Shown: positions 17,977 through 24,000 of the stretch, piece after piece
Layout: each line of letters begins with the position of its first letter
How positions within the stretch are numbered: the first letter of the stretch is position 1
Assembly (NCBI RefSeq): GCF_047302405.1
Contig: NZ_CP154853.1
Coordinates: forward strand, 2,300,076-2,324,075
Direction of reading: 5' to 3'
From: Alkalihalobacillus sp. 1P02AB
GTDB taxonomy: Bacteria; Bacillota; Bacilli; Bacillales; Bacillaceae_D
Length of the DNA stretch: 24,000 bases
Program-made: the position numbers and the translations under genes
The notes under the pieces: generated by a model
Database searches by the model: none
The model's input: the letters and a program-made list of their open reading frames with translations, nothing else
Told to the model about the DNA's origin: nothing

Positions 17977-18153
17977 CGATAAAAGCTCCTTTAAGTTTGA
18001 TTTACACGATGATTGTGTAACTTTTAAATAAATCATCTAAGTACAAATTTTGGTTCAGTAACTCTTTTCTCTTATTGTACAACAACTAAATAATCTGTAT
18101 CATTATAATTAATTTAATTCAAAATTTTCTTTTAAAAGCGAGGAACTGACTAA

Positions 18154-18921
18154 TTGATGAAAAATATTTTTACTGACAACTTTGAAAAATACGCAGATAC
18201 GGAAATGTATGATTTTCTAAACGAAGGAAATAAAAAAGATTTTGACGTACTTTTAGAATGGATAAAACCTGGTGACAAGCTACTTGAATTAGCCTGTGGT
18301 ACGGGAAGATTAACCATTCCATTTGCCGAAAAAGGCTTTGCAATTACAGGTATTGATTTACATGAGGGAATGCTCGAAAAAGCGAAAACGAAAGCAGAAG
18401 CAAAGGGTTTATCGATTCCTTTTTATCAACAAGATTGCACGATGTTGTCCTTACCGGAAATGAACCAATTCACCTTTATGACAGGGAATTCATTTCAACA
18501 TTTTTTAACAAATGAAGCACAGGATAAGCTGCTCCAATCCATTGCAAAACATTTAGAGACTGAAGGGTTATTTATTTTTGATACACGGAACCCTCTATTA
18601 TCTGAATTAGCTCAACCAGATATTTATGATACTAGCTTTACTGACCATCGCGGTTTTGACGTAAAAGAACATCACATCGAAACCTATGATGATGCCACCC
18701 AAATTTTACATTGTGAAACAAAAAGAAAACTTTATAAGGATGGGGTCTTCATTCGTAATGAAAAAGATAACATATCGTTACGCTACGTCTTTCCATTAGA
18801 AATGAAACGTCTCCTACGTTCCTTTGGTTTTACAATCCTACAAGCATACGGAAATTGGAACAAAACTCCTCTCACAAAAGAAAGCCCACAAATGATTTAT
18901 ATTTGTAGGAAAAACGGATAA
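18154..18921 (+). CDS. Class I SAM-dependent methyltransferase
   Basis: LLELACGTGRLTIPFAEKGFAITGIDLHEGML motif I and following. Confidence 0.92.
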   Translation: MMKNIFTDNFEKYADTEMYDFLNEGNKKDFDVLLEWIKPGDKLLELACGTGRLTIPFAEKGFAITGIDLHEGMLEKAKTKAEAKGLSIPFYQQDCTMLSLPEMNQFTFMTGNSFQHFLTNEAQDKLLQSIAKHLETEGLFIFDTRNPLLSELAQPDIYDTSFTDHRGFDVKEHHIETYDDATQILHCETKRKLYKDGVFIRNEKDNISLRYVFPLEMKRLLRSFGFTILQAYGNWNKTPLTKESPQMIYICRKNG

Positions 18922-18925
18922 CTAA

Positions 18926-18953
18926 CCTTCTCACAAAGTAATTTGTGGGAAGG
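18926..18953. terminator. Hairpin between convergent genes
   Basis: CCTTCTCACAAA-gtaa-TTTGTGGGAAGG, 12-bp stem with one G-T pair; no T-tract. Confidence 0.4.
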
Positions 18954-18976
18954 CACTTGTGTTGCATTGATTACAA

Positions 18977-19504
18977 TTAACCCCCACTCAGATGCTCTTC
19001 TTTTAAAATCGCATAAGCGTATTCATCCCACCACACATCACCATGAGGGATACATTTTTTAAAATAACCTTCTCGCCGCATCCCTATTTTCTCCATTAAC
19101 TTAAATGATGGGACATTTTCTGGCTGACAGGTAGCAACAATACGATGAAGATTTAATTGTTGAAACCCATAATTCAAAAAGGCTTTAGCTGCCTCCGTAG
19201 CGTACCCACAATTGTAATACTTCGGATTAAGAACCCAACCAATTTCATACGTATGGTCACCAAAGTATGGAAAAAAAGCGATATGACCGATTAGTTGATT
19301 ATCTTCACGTAGCAAAATAGAGAACTTGGTAGCATCATCTCTTAAATTCTCATTAACTAACTTTTGTGTATCTTCTTGTGTCATTACACCCTCTGGAAGA
19401 TATTTCATAACTGCCGGATCAGATGTATATAAAAAAACGTCTGACCAATCAGCTTCTGCAAAATTTCTAATTATTAATCGTTCTGTCACCATCTGAATTC
19501 GCAT
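18977..19504 (-). CDS. GNAT acetyltransferase (RimJ/RimL-like)
   Basis: GWVLNPKYYNCGYATEAAKAFLNYGFQQLNLHRIVATCQPENVPSFKLMEKIGMRREGYFKK. Confidence 0.93.
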   Translation of the reverse strand: MRIQMVTERLIIRNFAEADWSDVFLYTSDPAVMKYLPEGVMTQEDTQKLVNENLRDDATKFSILLREDNQLIGHIAFFPYFGDHTYEIGWVLNPKYYNCGYATEAAKAFLNYGFQQLNLHRIVATCQPENVPSFKLMEKIGMRREGYFKKCIPHGDVWWDEYAYAILKEEHLSGG

Positions 19505-19533
19505 CCATTACCCTCACTTTTGAGACACTAGCA

Positions 19534-20091
19534 CTATAATCGAAATTCCTCTTTTATTTTCTCCGCTACCTCTTGTGCTGTCATTTCAGTATTATTAATA
19601 CGCAAATAGTTTTTTTCTGTCATTTCCCCTTCATTGGAGTTCAATCGATACTTTTCCATTGAGCTTAGCAATTCTTTCCTTGAAAACTCAGTATTCCTTT
19701 TCGTTGGCTTTTCTTCTAAACGATTCGGGGTCACATTCCTCTTTAAACGTTCTTCTAAGTCCGCTTCTAATTCAACAAAATACACCTCAGCCCCTGAGTC
19801 TTTAAATATTTTGACTGTCCTTCTAACAAAATCCCAATCTGCTTCTAAATTAAATGCCCACATTAAAGTAAAAATGAGTCCTTCTTGCTTCGTTTTTGCA
19901 AAAGCCTGAAACACTTGGGAGCGAATCGAATCTGATATTTCCCACATTTCAGAAGTGAAATTGAAGAAAGGAGCCAATAGCTCGATCGTCATATGATTAT
20001 GAAATAATTTCAATTTCGTTATTTTGGAAAGCTCCTGTCCAACGGTCATCTTCCCTACTGCTTGAGGCCCAAACAACATAACAAGTTTCAT
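19534..20091 (-). CDS. P-loop NTPase / shikimate-kinase-like AAA family protein
   Basis: MKLVMLFGPQAVGKMTVGQELSKITKLKLFHNHMTIELLAPFF. The ORF-track start at 20106 is a GTG inside the SD (AAGGTGG); ATG at 20091 preferred. Confidence 0.85.
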   Translation of the reverse strand: MKLVMLFGPQAVGKMTVGQELSKITKLKLFHNHMTIELLAPFFNFTSEMWEISDSIRSQVFQAFAKTKQEGLIFTLMWAFNLEADWDFVRRTVKIFKDSGAEVYFVELEADLEERLKRNVTPNRLEEKPTKRNTEFSRKELLSSMEKYRLNSNEGEMTEKNYLRINNTEMTAQEVAEKIKEEFRL

Positions 20092-20145
20092 TTTCAGCTC
20101 GCCCACCTTATAAATAATTTAGTTTTCTATACACGCTCTAACCTT

Positions 20146-20880
20146 CTAATTCTTTTCCGCTTTTATAATTAAAAACATTGGACGGCGATTTTCATCACGC
20201 ATTTCATCAGAAGTAGTCATTGCTTGTTCACTTGGCTTCGGTTCTCGTATAGCCTTGATTTGTAATCCAGCGTCTATGACATTATTTAAGTATGTAGAAA
20301 CCGTACGATGGTATTTCACAACGTTTTCAGTTAAAAAACTTGTTTCCCTTAGACTCTCATCTTGATAATCGTCGATTGGCCAATGCAGTCGTTTTCCTTT
20401 TTGATCATAATGCCAATCTTGCTCAGCACGAGCTGTGAATATTGGATGCTCCACTGTAAAAATCAAAGTGCCACCAGGCTTCAATAAGTTGGATATCTTT
20501 TTCACGACCTCTGAAAACGATCGCAAATAATGAAAAGCGAGTGAACTAATCACTACATCAAATGAGTAAGCAGGGAATTCTATATCCTCGATTGGCTGTT
20601 CGATAAATTCAACACGCTCATCTTTAATAAGCGTTCTCGCTTTCTCTAACATTTTAGTAGAAATATCAACTCCAACGACCTTACTCGCTCCTTGCTCCAA
20701 TGCATACTTGCAGTGCCAACCAAAGCCACATCCTAAATCGAGAACAGACTTTCCTTGTAAATCAGGAATTAAAGGCTGTAACACATGCCATTCCCCTGCC
20801 CCTTTTAACCCTTCTGTAGAACGAGCCATTTGCTCATACGCTTGAAAAAAAGCCTCATCATCATATTTATTTTGTTTCAC
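20146..20880 (-). CDS. Class I SAM-dependent methyltransferase
   Basis: VLDLGCGFGWHCKYALEQGASKVVGVDISTKMLEKA; FDVVISSLAFHYL. Confidence 0.92.
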   Translation of the reverse strand: MKQNKYDDEAFFQAYEQMARSTEGLKGAGEWHVLQPLIPDLQGKSVLDLGCGFGWHCKYALEQGASKVVGVDISTKMLEKARTLIKDERVEFIEQPIEDIEFPAYSFDVVISSLAFHYLRSFSEVVKKISNLLKPGGTLIFTVEHPIFTARAEQDWHYDQKGKRLHWPIDDYQDESLRETSFLTENVVKYHRTVSTYLNNVIDAGLQIKAIREPKPSEQAMTTSDEMRDENRRPMFLIIKAEKN

Positions 20881-21949
20881 TTTTGTTCACTTCCTCTGGT
20901 AAATAATAAGCGATTACTTCATTGTAAGTGCTTTCCTTTAATTCAATAACTAATGGACCTTTGAAAAAGACTTCTTCCTCTTCATTTTTTAAAATCACAA
21001 AATGTTTACATAAGATTTGATTTTCAACCTTGACCATATTCATCGGGTCATAACCAACAATCCGTGAGTTCATTTCGACTTTTTGAACCGGTAATTGAAA
21101 GAAAGATTTCCATTCATTCTTTTTCTTTATAACATAAGCTTCATACTCGGCTTGAATTGATTTTGATTGTTCAATATCGACTTCAACATCACATTCTGAA
21201 AAGTAGGTAAGAGTCGTTTCATAAATAGATGACTCGGTTTTCAAATTTTGCTCAAATAAGATATTCGTTTCAGTTAATGCAATTAAGTAAAGAGTCCCTG
21301 TAAAATAAGATAACTTCCTTATATTAAATAAATCTTCCCTTGGCTCCCTTATCATTTCAATATAATTGTGAATTCTTTCCTCATATTTATTTGAATTTAT
21401 ATACTTTAAAGACAGCGTTCCAACAAACTCCGCAGCACCTTCAATCGTTTCAACTAAAAATTCATTTTGGATCATTGTACCGATTTGTTTTGCCCTTTTT
21501 AGTCGAATCGAAACCATTTGTTGAAGCATCTCTTTTTTTTCAGCAACACTCGAAGCTTTAAGAGCCTTAATTAAAAATTGATTTTCAGCATGTTTATATT
21601 GATAATTTAACACGTCGTTTGGATACGAAAGCATAATTAAATCATTCACATAGCGTTTTTCACCCTGTTCTCGTTGAAAAGCATGAAACATTTCGTGAAT
21701 AATATTAGCTGCTAATATGTCTGGGTCGTCAATGGCATCCATTTCAACATTCCAAATAGCGATATATTGACCTTCGAACTCAATACAAGTATTGGCGATA
21801 AAACGCTCATCTGTTGTTATTTCACGATCTTGAAAAAAGACAGTGTTGCTATTATATAAAGCAAATGGAAAACATTGAAATCCATCCCATAACCTTTCAA
21901 GCGGGACTTTTTTTATTCTTTTCTCAACTTCTTGATAAAGAGTTCTCAT
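20867..21949 (-). CDS. Putative zinc metallopeptidase-like protein (HExxH), function unknown
   Basis: NIIHEMFHAFQREQGEKR contains HExxH, and ETIEGAAEFVG downstream could supply a third Glu ligand. Overlaps the methyltransferase gene by 14 bp. Confidence 0.65.
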   Translation of the reverse strand: MRTLYQEVEKRIKKVPLERLWDGFQCFPFALYNSNTVFFQDREITTDERFIANTCIEFEGQYIAIWNVEMDAIDDPDILAANIIHEMFHAFQREQGEKRYVNDLIMLSYPNDVLNYQYKHAENQFLIKALKASSVAEKKEMLQQMVSIRLKRAKQIGTMIQNEFLVETIEGAAEFVGTLSLKYINSNKYEERIHNYIEMIREPREDLFNIRKLSYFTGTLYLIALTETNILFEQNLKTESSIYETTLTYFSECDVEVDIEQSKSIQAEYEAYVIKKKNEWKSFFQLPVQKVEMNSRIVGYDPMNMVKVENQILCKHFVILKNEEEEVFFKGPLVIELKESTYNEVIAYYLPEEVNKSETK

Positions 21950-22007
21950 CGATTCATTGACATGGAAATATCAACACGTACTTTCCCCATTTATTTACTC
22001 CTCCTTT

Positions 22008-22871
22008 TTAGCCAAAGATTTGAGCGGCGATACCATATAAATGTCCGTTTCTGTTTGGTAACTCTGTTGCATTTTTGATCATAATTGGAGGCTGACTGAC
22101 TTCTTCAAATCCTAAATATACTAATGTTTGAGCAAATATTGTTTTTTCTGTAGGGACATCGATTCTAAATTCTCCTTCACCATATGTACAAAGTGAGCTT
22201 ATAAGAGAGAGTGCGGTCTTGTTGTCAGGAGCCACAAGTGGTCCAATTATCGTGTTCGATTGACCGGGAATGAGCAAACCAAAACCGACTACTTGACCGT
22301 TACCCCCTTTAGCCACTAAACAACAACTGGCTTGTTGAAGTCTTTTTTGCAAAAATAAAGCTCTCCTACTCCCAAATGATTTTCGATCCAGTTCAATCAA
22401 CTCACGTAACATCGAAGGATTATATTTGATTATATTATTCGGTTCTTCCGCAAAAATAGGTCGCCTGAACGAGGGACAAAGATATTTTTGAATGGAAGCT
22501 GCCTCAACAAATCCTAAATGTTTATATAAAGGTTTTCCTTCTTCTGTTGCAATGAGCATAACTCTCTCACTTTCCGACACACAATTCAGGCAAGCTTGCA
22601 TTAACTTTTTCGCTAAACCCTTTCCACGATAAGTCTCTTTCACAATCACTAAACCAATAGATGCTACTTTCTCTTCAAAAATAATAATAGCTGCACTCGC
22701 AATAATGTTGCCCACTTGGTCTTTAAAACCAAATACGTCGCCATCCTTAAGAACCGTTTGCAACGTCGGTTGATCATAATCCCATCCAACAGATGTTGAT
22801 AACTGGATTAAAGCGGGAATATCCGTCATATTACATTTCGTTAATGTTAAATTCGATTCAACTTCTTTCAT
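22008..22871 (-). CDS. GNAT acetyltransferase with C-terminal acetyltransferase-like extension (tandem GNAT type)
   Basis: IGLVIVKETYRGKGLAKKLMQACLNC plus a second GNAT-like half (CCLVAKGGNGQVVGFGLLIPG...). The ORF-track start at 22904 is TTG; ATG at 22871 with an AGGTGG SD is preferred. Confidence 0.85.
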   Translation of the reverse strand: MKEVESNLTLTKCNMTDIPALIQLSTSVGWDYDQPTLQTVLKDGDVFGFKDQVGNIIASAAIIIFEEKVASIGLVIVKETYRGKGLAKKLMQACLNCVSESERVMLIATEEGKPLYKHLGFVEAASIQKYLCPSFRRPIFAEEPNNIIKYNPSMLRELIELDRKSFGSRRALFLQKRLQQASCCLVAKGGNGQVVGFGLLIPGQSNTIIGPLVAPDNKTALSLISSLCTYGEGEFRIDVPTEKTIFAQTLVYLGFEEVSQPPIMIKNATELPNRNGHLYGIAAQIFG

Positions 22872-22961
22872 TGGTCTTGCCACCTGCCAATCGTCTATGT
22901 ACAATTCATTTTACAAAATTTTCATACAAATAAAAAGAGATGACTGATTTTATGAAGGATT

Positions 22962-23217
22962 CGTACCATAATCCTAGCAACTCACGATTTTCATTACTTA
23001 TTCTTCGTTATTCGCACCGTAAATTCTCCAACTCGTGATTTTCATTACTTATCCTCCACTATTCGCACCGTAATTTTAGCTGCATGACTTTTTCATTACC
23101 TATCTGCTCTTATTCGTACCCTAATCCCGGCAACTGACGCTTTTCATTACCTATCCGCCCTTATTTCGCACCCTAACCCACACAACTCACGGTTTTCATT
23201 ACCTATCCTCAGCTCTT
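22962..23217. repeat. Five imperfect ~51-bp tandem repeats
   Basis: Units start at 22962, 23013, 23064, 23115 and 23167. All contain TTTTCATTAC(T/C)TAT; consensus about CG(C/T)ACC.TAAtcc...caACTcacG.TTTTCATTAC(C/T)TATcc..c..TATT. Confidence 0.85.
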
Positions 23218-23308
23218 AAACCCAAATCGCCATTGCCTTTCATTTTCTTCCTACACAAAAAAGACCTCCCAAAAATAACTTTTGAGATAGTCTCTCGAAC
23301 ATAGGTAG

Positions 23309-23956
23309 TTATAACCCTTCAATAATTAATTCAACACGCCGATTCTTCTGCCTGCCTTCTTCATCATCAAGTCCGTCTGGTCTTGTATTTCTGGCAATCG
23401 GCTCTGAATCCCCTTTTCCAATCGCTATTAAATTAGATTCATTGATTCCTCTTTCAATCAAAGCACCCACAACTGCCTGTGCCCGACGTTCAGATAAGTC
23501 TTGATTGTAGCTACTATTCCCGACATTATCGGTATGTCCTACCACTTGAACTTGACCATCTGATGTTTCAATTACTTGGACTAATTTATCCATCACCTCG
23601 TCACTTCCTGGCAATAATTCATCTGAATCAAAATCAAACAAAACATTGTCCGGTAAGGTTAGTGTCGTTTCTTCCTCAATCGAAATTGCATTAAATTCAT
23701 TTAACGTCTTCAATACATCCACTTCCGTTTGTGAAAGGGATACTTTTGTTAAAATGACTCGACTCTTCGGAACTCTTGTAATATAGACCTCTGAAGAAGG
23801 GTATCGTTCTCGTAATTGTTCAAGCGGCACCATACTTATATTCTCTTGTTCTTCAGTATTTGCCGATACTATATCAGAACTCATAACGCCAATAATAAAA
23901 AATAAAAGCAAAACTAAGAAGATTTGATACCATTCTATTCGACGATTTATTCTCAT
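23309..23956 (-). CDS. OmpA-like C-terminal domain protein with N-terminal membrane/signal segment
   Basis: LFDFDSDELLPGSDEVMDKLVQVIETSDGQVQVVGHTDNVGNSSYNQDLSERRAQAVVGALIERGI...GKGDSEPIARN...GRQKNRRVELII. Confidence 0.9.
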   Translation of the reverse strand: MRINRRIEWYQIFLVLLLFFIIGVMSSDIVSANTEEQENISMVPLEQLRERYPSSEVYITRVPKSRVILTKVSLSQTEVDVLKTLNEFNAISIEEETTLTLPDNVLFDFDSDELLPGSDEVMDKLVQVIETSDGQVQVVGHTDNVGNSSYNQDLSERRAQAVVGALIERGINESNLIAIGKGDSEPIARNTRPDGLDDEEGRQKNRRVELIIEGL

Positions 23957-24000
23957 ATCTCCAGCTCCTAACGAATAATTTCAATCTCTTCAAAGTGGAA

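Noticed and set aside
18154-22904. Defence island or biosynthetic gene cluster from clustered methyltransferases, kinase and acetyltransferases
   Set aside because: No nuclease, helicase, NRPS/PKS, precursor peptide, transporter partner or phage marker; genes are a loose collection of common Bacillaceae accessory enzymes.
22962-23217. Possible CRISPR array
   Set aside because: Repeats are directly abutting, ~51 bp and degenerate, with no constant-length unique spacers and no cas genes nearby.

Overview
This 24 kb window looks like an ordinary low-GC Firmicute (Bacillaceae-like) chromosomal region. That taxonomic guess comes from composition, Shine-Dalgarno motifs and protein style only. I found no mobile element, CRISPR array, rRNA/tRNA, or convincing defence or biosynthetic system. 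Supportable content: a Fur-regulated-looking Fe(III)-type ABC importer; mgtE preceded by a clear M-box Mg2+ riboswitch; ddl; an XRE/DUF2975-like pair; a TetR/GNAT operon with a consensus promoter and palindromic operator; an AraC-type regulator; an SDR; an alpha/beta hydrolase; a GrpB-family protein; two SAM methyltransferases; six GNAT proteins; an HExxH putative metalloprotease; and an OmpA-like peptidoglycan-associated protein. The non-obvious signals are: (1) a possible unannotated ~117-nt structured RNA at 4427-4543, with a three-way-junction-like fold, an extended -10 promoter and an intrinsic terminator; (2) an array of five ~51-bp tandem intergenic repeats at 22962-23217; (3) a uridine-kinase-like gene with a large internal deletion at 15380-15614; (4) the M-box, which the ORF track hides behind a spurious ORF; (5) two Fur-box-like sites; and (6) an orphan terminator in an unexplained 600-bp gap. 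I do not see strong evidence for a new multi-gene system.
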